From NCBI GenBank assembly GCA_016871995.1, contig VHBL01000004.1:30696-62695 (forward strand): a stretch of 32,000 nucleotides of DNA. The letters run 5' to 3'. The position numbers and the translations under genes were made by a program. Within the stretch, counting starts at the first letter, position 1. Each line of letters begins with the position of its first letter. Below are positions 9,668-17,849 of the stretch, one piece after another. The notes under the pieces were generated by a model. That model made no database searches. It was not told the origin of the DNA and saw only the letters and a list, made by a program, of their open reading frames with translations. This stretch comes from Nitrososphaerota archaeon (GTDB taxonomy: Archaea > Thermoproteota > Nitrososphaeria > Nitrososphaerales > UBA57).

Positions 9668-10377
9668 TTCCCCACCATTACCTCCATAGCCTTTGCAAAT
9701 GCTCCAAGAACCGCTAGCCCGTCAGAACTTCCGAACGGGCTAAGAATTTTTTCCGATGCCCTTTCTGGGTGAGGCATTAAGCCTACAACATTGCCCTTTT
9801 CGTTAGAAACTCCAGCAATGTTTGAGATAGAACCATTTGGGTTTGCATCATCAGTGATGTTGCCCTTTTCATCTACATAACGGAACGCGACCTGCCCTCT
9901 CTTTTCAAGGTTCTTGACTTCATTTTCACCAAGGAGATACAGTCCTTCACCATGTGCTATCGGCATCTTCAACAATGTTCCTTGTTCCAACTCAGAAGTG
10001 AAAAATGTCCTAGTGCTATCAACCCGTAAATTGACCCACTTGCAGACGAACCTTAGCCCAGCATTTCTTAGCAGAGCTCCAGGCAGAAGCTCCGATTCAG
10101 CGAGTATCTGAAAGCCGTTGCATATCCCTAATATTGGCTTTCCCTCCTCCGCAGCTTTCTTCACTTGCGCCATCGCTGGGCTGTGTGTAGCAATGACACC
10201 TGCACGCAGATGGTCCCCATATGAAAAACCGCCTGGAAGGATGGCTCCGTCGTACTTTCGCAGATCGACTTCCTCATGCCAAATTAAGTCAGCAGAAAGA
10301 TGGAGAACATTCTTTAGAACATTGTACGCATCGAGGTCGCAATTGGTTCCCGGGAACCGGATTATTGCGACCTTCAT
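9664..10377 (-). CDS. purQ: Phosphoribosylformylglycinamidine synthase subunit I (glutaminase)
   Basis: 237-aa ORF with MKVAIIRFPGTNCD, ILGICNGFQIL (nucleophile Cys), AHGEG and MPHPER. Confidence 0.93.
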   Translation of the reverse strand: MKVAIIRFPGTNCDLDAYNVLKNVLHLSADLIWHEEVDLRKYDGAILPGGFSYGDHLRAGVIATHSPAMAQVKKAAEEGKPILGICNGFQILAESELLPGALLRNAGLRFVCKWVNLRVDSTRTFFTSELEQGTLLKMPIAHGEGLYLLGENEVKNLEKRGQVAFRYVDEKGNITDDANPNGSISNIAGVSNEKGNVVGLMPHPERASEKILSPFGSSDGLAVLGAFAKAMEVMVGK

Positions 10378-10378
10378 A

Positions 10379-10651
10379 CTAATTACCTGAAATTCTAATC
10401 TGGCAAGTGCTCACAATAGGATTGTATATCCGTAGGTCGTCGCACATCTTCATAACCAACTTCTCCGCGCTTTCCTTACTGGGAGCTGAAACCTCTAACT
10501 GCAAAAGTTTGGCGGTCCTTACTCCCTTCACGTTCTCATAACCTCTTCTCATGACAAGGTCACGGAGTATGGTCTCACCCTCTGGATCTCGAATAGATGG
10601 CTTGTTCGAGATTACGCAGTCAACCTTGTAGTTTGATGTCCCCAAAGGCAA
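10379..10651 (-). CDS. purS: Phosphoribosylformylglycinamidine synthase subunit PurS
   Basis: 90-aa ORF immediately upstream of purQ with YKVDCVISNKPSIRDPEGETI, the typical PurS N-terminus. Starts at TTG (10649-10651); no ATG alternative. Confidence 0.82.
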   Translation of the reverse strand: MPLGTSNYKVDCVISNKPSIRDPEGETILRDLVMRRGYENVKGVRTAKLLQLEVSAPSKESAEKLVMKMCDDLRIYNPIVSTCQIRISGN

Positions 10652-10745
10652 ACCCTTGTACCAAAAATGGTTTTGAACGTATTTAACCTCTATGATAACC
10701 GGAAGTTGTAAAATCTTTATGTCGTCGTAGATATTCCTATGATCG

Positions 10746-11585
10746 TTAAGAACAAAATTGCTTTAGTTTCTTTATATTTCCTGCGTCATCTCTTCTTTTA
10801 TCGATTGGAGTCTCAAGAACTATCGGCAATTCCCTAAAATGTCTGTCCGAAAGTAGTTCTCTGAAGCCCTTCTCTCCAATTTGCCCTAATCCTATATGCT
10901 CATGTCTGTCTAGGCCAGAGCCAAGAGGACCCTTAGAATCATTTGCATGTACAGCCCTTACCCTCTCTAAACCAATGATCTCATCTAACAGCTTTATTGT
11001 GCTTTGAACTCCTTCTAATCTGCTTATGTCATAGCCTGCTGCAAATGCATGGCATGTGTCAAAGCATACTCCGACCTTGTTGTTCGGCGTTATCCCGTCA
11101 ATGATCTGCTTGATATGCTCGAAAGTAGAGCCGACGCTATTTTTTGTCCCTGCAGTTATTTCCAACAATATCATTGAATTGTTGTTTGCTGCTTTTAACG
11201 CTCTATTGCAGGCGTCTGTTACCCGCTTTATTCCATAGGCTACACCCTTACCCTTGTGGCTCCCAATATGCGTAACAACGTATGGGATGTTCAGATGTGA
11301 TGCACGCTTTAGCTCTGCAATTAATACATTAACAGAGCGCTCATAAATTTCCTTTTCTGGAGTTGCCAAGTTTGGGAGGTAGGGCATGTGGTCTAAAGGA
11401 GAAACCAGATCTGATGATGCAAGTTTCTCTCTGAAGTTCTTGGAATTCTCATCCTTCAAGTCTGAAAATTTCCAGCCCCTGGGATTTCTGGTGAATATCT
11501 GGAATGTTGTACATTTGAGTTCATTGGCCCTGTCTATTGCTCTGTCTATTGAACCGGAAATTGAAACGTGAACGCCTATTGGCAA
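10746..11585 (-). CDS. nfo: Endonuclease IV (AP endonuclease, TIM-barrel)
   Basis: 279-aa ORF with VTHIGSH, LLEITAG, VCFDTCHAFAAGYD and HANDSK...DRHEHIGLGQIG metal-ligand motifs. Confidence 0.9.
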   Translation of the reverse strand: MPIGVHVSISGSIDRAIDRANELKCTTFQIFTRNPRGWKFSDLKDENSKNFREKLASSDLVSPLDHMPYLPNLATPEKEIYERSVNVLIAELKRASHLNIPYVVTHIGSHKGKGVAYGIKRVTDACNRALKAANNNSMILLEITAGTKNSVGSTFEHIKQIIDGITPNNKVGVCFDTCHAFAAGYDISRLEGVQSTIKLLDEIIGLERVRAVHANDSKGPLGSGLDRHEHIGLGQIGEKGFRELLSDRHFRELPIVLETPIDKRRDDAGNIKKLKQFCS

Positions 11586-11718
11586 GATGCCTTCCGAGGC
11601 AAGATGATATGTAGATAAGCGTTGAAATATGTGCCGTTCTTTAATTAGATATTAACGAAAAGGGGATAACCTTTATCATCATCCAAAACCATCAAAGTAC
11701 GAGACAGAAGGGTGAGCT

Positions 11719-12087
11719 ATGATTAAGAGGAATTTTATTGCTGTTCTTCTGGTAGTTGCAGTCGCTGCCGGAGCTTTTGCTGTGTTTTCGGGTCAGATAG
11801 TCAGATTAAATAATTCGGTCCAAGGAACGGCTCCTATCGCCCCACTACTCCCTAATGCACCGGAATACCAGTGCCCTCCGTGGATGGATCAGAAGACCTG
11901 TTTTCTTATGAAGGCGTCGTGTGGGAACGGCGTTTGCGATGTTCACGAACAGTGCAGTACATGCGTCTTAGACTGCGGCTGTGGAGGAGCCTTACTCTGT
12001 AACCCAGAAATTGGCAAATGTTATTCGCCTGTAATAGAAGAGGCTGATATAATCGCAGGGATTTGTCCTGCGCCTTTTGATAATTAA
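11719..12087 (+). CDS. Small secreted/membrane-anchored cysteine-rich protein, unknown function
   Basis: 122-aa ORF. N-terminal hydrophobic segment FIAVLLVVAVAAGAFAVF, then 13 Cys including a CGNGVCDVHEQCSTCVLDCGCGG block. GGTGAG sits 5 nt upstream of the ATG and is Shine-Dalgarno-like. Confidence 0.6.
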   Translation: MIKRNFIAVLLVVAVAAGAFAVFSGQIVRLNNSVQGTAPIAPLLPNAPEYQCPPWMDQKTCFLMKASCGNGVCDVHEQCSTCVLDCGCGGALLCNPEIGKCYSPVIEEADIIAGICPAPFDN

Positions 12088-12103
12088 AAATAAAAAAATG
12101 TGT

Positions 12104-12135
12104 AATGCCTTACCATAATGGTAAGGCATTTTTTT
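12104..12135. terminator. Perfect 11-bp stem hairpin flanked by T-tracts on both strands (bidirectional terminator-like)
   Basis: The stem aatgccttacc (12104-12114) pairs with ggtaaggcatt (12120-12130) around the loop ataat, followed by TTTTTT on the plus strand. On the minus strand the hairpin is followed by acacaTTTTTTTaTTTT. Confidence 0.6.
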
Positions 12136-12265
12136 GCTTATGCCTTCTTCTTTCTGCTGAACAGTACTCCTGATATTACGGTCAGCACAACTCCAATGCC
12201 TATAGTTCGATCTATAACCTACTATCAGCAATGAATTTTAGTTTCTTATCTTCCTACAACAATCC

Positions 12266-12802
12266 TTGAACTATCAACCACAAGAAAAGCTAAAGGTCTT
12301 TACAAGAAACTGGTTAAAGGCCTTTGCAATAATTCTATTAGGACTACTTGGAGTCGCATTTATGGGCTCCGCTGTTCCCTTGGAGAGGGATGAAGCTAAA
12401 CAGATGTTGGAGGAAGCGAGAAAGATTCTTCCTCAGAAACCGTCCACTGATGCAATATTCCTTAACAACTTTCGAGCTTCACTTTTGATGACGATCCCTG
12501 GCATTGGAATCGTCTTAGCAGGGATAATCCTGTACAATACTGGAGTTGTGTTCGCAGCTACAGGAGTCACTACAAACATCTATGGACCACTCTTGATGCT
12601 CGTTGTTGCAATAACACCGTTCTTCTGGTTCGAGTTCCTCGCATATGCTGCAGGGGTCACGCAGAGTCTGCTTCTTATGAAAGGCATTCTAAAGAAAAAT
12701 ATTAAACAAGAAATAAAACGAACAGCCTATGTCATAGCAATTATTGCAATATTCTTAGTGCTTGGTGCAGCTGTAGAGGTTATCTTTATCGAGAGAATCT
12801 GA
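12266..12802 (+). CDS. SpoIIM-like (DUF95-type) integral membrane protein
   Basis: 178-aa ORF with a TTG start and 4-5 hydrophobic helices. The IFLNNFRASLLMTIPGIGIVLAGIILYNTGVVFA segment resembles the SpoIIM/DUF95 core. Family assigned from memory of the motif only. Confidence 0.5.
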   Translation: MNYQPQEKLKVFTRNWLKAFAIILLGLLGVAFMGSAVPLERDEAKQMLEEARKILPQKPSTDAIFLNNFRASLLMTIPGIGIVLAGIILYNTGVVFAATGVTTNIYGPLLMLVVAITPFFWFEFLAYAAGVTQSLLLMKGILKKNIKQEIKRTAYVIAIIAIFLVLGAAVEVIFIERI

Positions 12803-12845
12803 ACCCAAAAACGGTTATCTATTACCACGGAGGAGAACCTGGTGA

Positions 12846-13208
12846 ATGGAATCCGACAAAGACCTTGACATGCTAACTGCGAAGAAGATGATAGAGCTAA
12901 GGAAGAAGATCGCTAAGGTTGCTGAGCCTAGGACGAAAACGGCTAGGGATGTCGTAGTCTCTAGACTTGTTGATAGGGGCGTGGAGGTTCTTGAGGCTGG
13001 CGAAAGAATTTACCCAAAAGAGATGAAAGTTATAGTTCAGAGGCTTGCCGAACTTGTAGAGAAAGGAATTATTTCGGATTACATATCTGGGGGTGAACTA
13101 CTTTCACTCCTTCGCACCTTGGGTCTCAGAGTTTCTGTACCAACTAGAATAGCTATTGAAGAGCACGGGAAGCTGGTTTCTTTAGCTGACAAAATAAGAG
13201 AACGATAG
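12846..13208 (+). CDS. PDCD5/TFAR19-like small DNA-binding protein (archaeal COG2118-like)
   Basis: 120-aa ORF. It has a charged N-terminal helix (KKMIELRKKI), then SRLVDRGVEVLE...VIVQRLAELVEKGIISDYISGGELLSLLRTL, which resembles the PDCD5 helical bundle pattern. Confidence 0.45.
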   Translation: MESDKDLDMLTAKKMIELRKKIAKVAEPRTKTARDVVVSRLVDRGVEVLEAGERIYPKEMKVIVQRLAELVEKGIISDYISGGELLSLLRTLGLRVSVPTRIAIEEHGKLVSLADKIRER

Positions 13209-15341
13209 TTACTCTTCTGCCTGCGGGGGAGGGGCTTCAGGTGCAGGAACTTTCGCTCTGGGGGTTATTCTGGTAAATTTCGATTTAAGAACCTTCTGGA
13301 GAATACTCTCAGAAAGTTTGAACTCGGTGAAGAATTCTCTGAGCTTTGGTTCAAGCAGTTTCTTGTCGTTATCAGATAATTCCCTATATTCTACGCTCAA
13401 AGGGAGCGTATACTTTCCTTCGTAAAACCTTGCAACTTTAGCTACAAGTTCCGATGGCAACTCTGCCTTGAGATAGTCCATTGATATTTCGTCGTTTGCT
13501 GCTATGCGTTTGAAGACTTCCGAGTCCAGCCTCCCTTCTATCATCTGGAACTCGAGATAGTTAAGAACGTCAATCTTTGGAGGCACCAGACCTAAAGAAT
13601 TCTTTCGGACTTCCCCTCGGATGTATATCTCGCCTCCAAGCATGCCAGTTGCAACAAAGTTTCCAACCGGCTGCCCGTTATGGTGCTTGTCAAAAGCGCC
13701 TAGACCTAGAACCACCGCAACGCCACCAGCCATATACTCTCCAAAGTAGTCATCGACCCTGCCTCCAATGATCACATATGGCTTTCTATCCCTGTATTCC
13801 CTCATTTGTATTACAGCCCTGTTACCTGCATTTCCTCTTACAAAAATTGAGCCTCCCTGCAGAGCTTGTCCCATCACATCTCTAGCGTCTCCATGGATCA
13901 CAATCTTGCCAGAATACATCGCATCTCCTATGTCGTCTTCCCCATTTCCATGTACTACGATTTCTCCTCCATTATTGAAATTCCCCAAGCAGTTCCCCGG
14001 CGTCCCGTAGATTACCAGCTTACTGCCAGCTAGCATATTGACTCCCATGTATCTCTGACCGCTAACATTTACAACATGGACTTCTTTCCCATCAGATCCC
14101 AACCTGTTCAGGATTATCTTGTTTAACTCATGGTAGTCTATACCATTTGCGTTTATAAGCTCGGACACGGTTCGCTCCTGCGATATGGAAACCAGAGCAG
14201 AACCCGAAGAAGGAAAGAAATATTCTCTGTCAGACCTTCCACTCTCGATTATTCCCTTTTTCATTGATGCTAACACGTATCGGCCTGGTTCAGGTGTCCA
14301 TATTCTGGCATCAGGAGATAACCTCCTTATTTGGCACTCTTCGCTTGCCATATATATCCTCTCGTCATCTTCTCCGACTATGATCGGCCTGAATTTTGAC
14401 CTGTCGATAAGCCCGAGCATGTAGTTATCGTCTCCATCGCAGTATCCTGCTATAACCGTGAAAGGCCCATCGAGTTGCGATCCTCTGTATGCAAGTGCCA
14501 GTTTCCTTATACTAGATGCGAGCGATCTGCCACCCACTATGTCTATGTAGTACTCGTAGGGATTAGAGAGTATCAAGCCTACCTGCTGCATCGTTAGTCC
14601 CCTTACTCTAACAAGATGATCAATTATGTATGCAATGACCTCACTGTCCGTGCCTACAAGGCTTCCTACTCCTCTTGACTTCAGGAATTGTAGGTTGGCT
14701 CCGAAAGAACTGATATCACCATTATGTACTATCGCTGTTTCGAAAGATGCAAAGGGGTGCGACCATATTGGAAATGCGCCAGGAGAGTTAGTAGGCTGTC
14801 TTGTGTGCGCGATCCACATATCACCAAAGGCTTCATTTTCGAGTAGCCCGTACTGCTTGGCAACATCTATCGGATAGCCGACCTCTTTATAGACTTCAAC
14901 ATGCTTACCGAAGGAGAATATCCTTCCTTTTATTACACCCTCGGCAAGAACTTCTGCATTGATCTTGTTGATTGCCAGAGCAAGTGTTCTGTCAGAGGTA
15001 CTGTCGACCTTAGCATTCCATATCCCAAAGGCTTTGTCACTAAACCTTCTATGATCTTCAGAGTCTATCGTTATCCCTCTGTAGCTCTCAAGTCTCTTCT
15101 TCATCATACGAGCAGTTTCATTCCCATCGACAAAAGCCCTAACGTTGTACTGGTTTTTCTTCCCTCCATCAGTGTAAAAATTTGCGAATCCAGCTCCAAA
15201 GGGACTGCCCCTAAACCTTACGCACTCTATCGCCTTCACCGCAACACTGCTCGGAATTTGTGATGAGTTCTCCTTCCTAATGACACCGAATACCCCACAG
15301 TCATCCTTTACATAGGGATCTGTATCTGGGAAGAGGTTCAT
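13209..15341 (-). CDS. Glutamate-synthase-like protein: class-II (Ntn) glutamine amidotransferase fused to the GXGXG beta-helix domain
   Basis: 710-aa ORF. It has DDCGVFGV (Cys15 after a presumptive propeptide), AHTRQPTN and VHNGDI. The C-terminal half carries GTPGNCLGNFNNGGEIVVHGNGEDDIGDAMYSGKIVIHGDARDVMGQALQGGSIFVRGNAGNR, a GXGXG repeat domain. Its start shares one nt with the upstream stop (TAATG, 15339-15343). Confidence 0.8.
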   Translation of the reverse strand: MNLFPDTDPYVKDDCGVFGVIRKENSSQIPSSVAVKAIECVRFRGSPFGAGFANFYTDGGKKNQYNVRAFVDGNETARMMKKRLESYRGITIDSEDHRRFSDKAFGIWNAKVDSTSDRTLALAINKINAEVLAEGVIKGRIFSFGKHVEVYKEVGYPIDVAKQYGLLENEAFGDMWIAHTRQPTNSPGAFPIWSHPFASFETAIVHNGDISSFGANLQFLKSRGVGSLVGTDSEVIAYIIDHLVRVRGLTMQQVGLILSNPYEYYIDIVGGRSLASSIRKLALAYRGSQLDGPFTVIAGYCDGDDNYMLGLIDRSKFRPIIVGEDDERIYMASEECQIRRLSPDARIWTPEPGRYVLASMKKGIIESGRSDREYFFPSSGSALVSISQERTVSELINANGIDYHELNKIILNRLGSDGKEVHVVNVSGQRYMGVNMLAGSKLVIYGTPGNCLGNFNNGGEIVVHGNGEDDIGDAMYSGKIVIHGDARDVMGQALQGGSIFVRGNAGNRAVIQMREYRDRKPYVIIGGRVDDYFGEYMAGGVAVVLGLGAFDKHHNGQPVGNFVATGMLGGEIYIRGEVRKNSLGLVPPKIDVLNYLEFQMIEGRLDSEVFKRIAANDEISMDYLKAELPSELVAKVARFYEGKYTLPLSVEYRELSDNDKKLLEPKLREFFTEFKLSESILQKVLKSKFTRITPRAKVPAPEAPPPQAEE

Positions 15342-17761
15342 TATGGCGCGCCTCCTGGCTTAACTCTAAGCTTCCTTCTAACAACGGGATCCAAGTCTAT
15401 GGCCCTTAGTAGTTCCCTGTTACCCACCATCGACGTATGTATGCTGCTTACTCCTGCTGCTCCTGCAAGTAATTTGATCTCTTTCTGCAGACCGAATATC
15501 AGATTCTCTAGACGTGCCTGTGCTTTATCGAGGTCGAACTTTTGCGCCATGCTCCTCTCGTAGCCGAGTGCTATCAGTGCGGCTTTGGTGATGCCAACTG
15601 CGTCGGCGCCTAATGCGATGAGCTTGAAAATGTCATCAGCCCCTCTGACCCTGCTTCCAAATGCTAAAAGATCAATAGATGCTCTTAGCGGTTCATCTTC
15701 AACTCTATCCTCTCTGAGCGCCATATCTATCTGGGAGAGTGCCACTTCAAGGTCAGTTCTCCACCCATCTATGGAAAAGTCCAAGTCTACTATAATGCCG
15801 ACAATGGGTTTCCTAGCTATAAGGCCAATTTTCGGAATCATTTCTTCTGATGCAGGAACCCTAACGTATATGGGAATGTTGTCATGTTTCTTTCTTAGCC
15901 GCTTTATCGTGTCTTCCCAGTCGCCTTCAATGCCCGGATAGTTTACGACAAATGCTGCAGGAGGATTTTCAATTTTTCTTGCAAGGTATTCGTTTCCATC
16001 TACGATAAGGCGTTTCCCATATTTCTGCAGAATTTCGCTTGTGGGATCGTCTTCATCAAAGAGCAGACCCATCGCATAAGCTCCCTGTGCAAACAGCGCA
16101 TGAACACTCTTAGGTTCCATTGGTAGTCTAGCGAAGATTATCTGGTTGGAAAGTCTGATCTTCCCTCTAGCCAAATAACACGATGTTTCTATTTCTTCTC
16201 GATAAGGGTCTATGCTAGGCCTTGTCACCTGTGCGCCATCAGTCCTTAGCCAATCGCAAATTGCCCTAGGATCGCCTATGAATGGCGCTGATATCGTCCC
16301 CATACTGGATATTACTGCCTCTGAAGCTCCTTTACCTCTGGTACCTGCCAGTTCTTGCAGGTTGTCCCTTCTTGTTTCAGTCCAATAGCTCTCATCATCG
16401 TACTGCTTTCTTGTAGACATGTGTCCTATTAGAGGGTAGCTTCCACTTTCTGTCTTGATGTCTAGAACCTTGGAGGTTTCATCGTTCATTGAATATCCCC
16501 GCAGAAGGTCTCTCCTTCCAACCAAATCTTCTGCCCTGTTCAATCCCAGCTCTCTCAAGATGAACTGCAATTCCTCCTTCCAGCCAAGGACAAGGTTGGT
16601 GACCCACATCGCTGCTGTATCAAGGTCAAGCTTTCTCAAGGCACTCAGATCGATCTTATTTGTTAGCAGTGCTGGGCAGAAGCCAAGATGGCACTTGTGA
16701 ACCATTAGGCAGCCCATCGCAATTAGAGCCCCCGTACCTATGCTCACAACGTCAGCACCAAGGGCCATGAGCTTTGCTGAATCCTCGGCACTGCTGACCA
16801 TGCCAGCTGCTATCACGGTGAACCCCTTTCGAAGTCCTTGCTCCCTGAGCACCTTATCAACAGACGCAACGCATAGATCGATCGGCAGACCTACATTGTC
16901 TTTAACTACTGTAGGTGCAGCACCAGTTCCTGCCCCCTGCCCATCCATTATTATTCCGTCTGCCCCCATTCTGGCAATTCCTGAAGCTATGTACGGGATA
17001 TAGTTTGTTACACCAACCTTGACAAACACCGGTTTACCCGTAGCTTCCTTGAGGGCCCAGATTCTCTGTCCCAGATCTTCAATTGAATATATGTCGTGGT
17101 GAGGAGCTGGGGATATAGCATCTCTCCCTGATGGAATTCTCCTTGCCAGTGAAATGGGTTCAGTGACCTTGGGTCCTGGTAAATGGCCTCCTATGCCAGG
17201 TTTTGCTCCCTGACCTATTTTGATTACGATGCCCATACCAGTATTCAGAACGTTGATATCAACTCCGAAGCGTGCAGAAGCCCATTGCACCGTAATCCTT
17301 TTGCAGGCAGCAACATCAGGGTGAAGTCCTCCTTCTCCTGTACCTGTGAGCACTCCTGCATTGTCAGCTGCACGTGCAAGCGCAATATTGGGAATGCCGC
17401 TCAGAGCACCAAAAGACATGTCCCCAAGGTATAATGGCACGTCAAGGTCTATCCTTCCGTAGGCGATTTTTGTGGAACTACTAATGTCCTTTATCAGAGC
17501 ATGATTGTTTTTGTTCTTAGCAATTCCTTCATTGGCCTTAATCGGGTTGACATCATGGAATGCTACTCTGTCAAGAGCCCTTTGACTTCCAGAATGGTCA
17601 GAGAATAATCTAAACGCATGAGCCGTGGTGGCAAGTGCTCTGATGTGCTCTATCCTGTCCCTATTCCAAAACTCTTTTTCTGGACGCTCTGGAATACGCT
17701 GGTATGAAGCTATTAGACCAGCGCGAGGGGGGACAGCAACCTTCGCCTCTACCTTTTCCAA
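15341..17761 (-). CDS. Glutamate-synthase-like FMN/[3Fe-4S] barrel protein with a second, degenerate barrel-like C-terminal half
   Basis: 806-aa ORF with a TTG start. Motifs: GDMSFGALS, GTGEGG, IKIGQGAKPGIGGHLPGPKV, SPAPHHDIYSIEDL, DGQGAGTGAAP, and GCLMVHKCHLGFCP (C-x5-C-x4-CP). Residues ~560-790 repeat the barrel pattern without the cofactor motifs. Confidence 0.8.
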   Translation of the reverse strand: MEKVEAKVAVPPRAGLIASYQRIPERPEKEFWNRDRIEHIRALATTAHAFRLFSDHSGSQRALDRVAFHDVNPIKANEGIAKNKNNHALIKDISSSTKIAYGRIDLDVPLYLGDMSFGALSGIPNIALARAADNAGVLTGTGEGGLHPDVAACKRITVQWASARFGVDINVLNTGMGIVIKIGQGAKPGIGGHLPGPKVTEPISLARRIPSGRDAISPAPHHDIYSIEDLGQRIWALKEATGKPVFVKVGVTNYIPYIASGIARMGADGIIMDGQGAGTGAAPTVVKDNVGLPIDLCVASVDKVLREQGLRKGFTVIAAGMVSSAEDSAKLMALGADVVSIGTGALIAMGCLMVHKCHLGFCPALLTNKIDLSALRKLDLDTAAMWVTNLVLGWKEELQFILRELGLNRAEDLVGRRDLLRGYSMNDETSKVLDIKTESGSYPLIGHMSTRKQYDDESYWTETRRDNLQELAGTRGKGASEAVISSMGTISAPFIGDPRAICDWLRTDGAQVTRPSIDPYREEIETSCYLARGKIRLSNQIIFARLPMEPKSVHALFAQGAYAMGLLFDEDDPTSEILQKYGKRLIVDGNEYLARKIENPPAAFVVNYPGIEGDWEDTIKRLRKKHDNIPIYVRVPASEEMIPKIGLIARKPIVGIIVDLDFSIDGWRTDLEVALSQIDMALREDRVEDEPLRASIDLLAFGSRVRGADDIFKLIALGADAVGITKAALIALGYERSMAQKFDLDKAQARLENLIFGLQKEIKLLAGAAGVSSIHTSMVGNRELLRAIDLDPVVRRKLRVKPGGAP

Positions 17762-17794
17762 ACTATTTCGGAATTTGCCGAGGAGAACTAACTA

Positions 17795-17801
17795 TTTATA
17801 A
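17795..17801. promoter_or_regulatory. TATA-like element TTTATAA in the divergent intergenic region (candidate promoter for the glutamate-synthase-like operon, possibly shared)
   Basis: Read on the minus strand as TTATAAATAG, it is centred ~37 nt upstream of the TTG at 17761. A second AT-rich box, GATTATAG (17825-17832), lies ~22 nt upstream of the lrp-like ATG at 17850, consistent with a leaderless transcript. Confidence 0.3.
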
Positions 17802-17849
17802 CCCTTATGCACTATATCTGTCCAGATTATAGCAAAAAGTGATTGACAT

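Noticed and set aside
11992-12231. 79-aa minus-strand ORF spanning the terminator hairpin and the 3' end of the Cys-rich gene.
   Set aside because: It reads through a perfect hairpin and T-tracts and is antisense to a better-supported gene. It starts at TTG and has an odd composition (YRSNYRHW...RRRTNPCDY), so it is most likely spurious.
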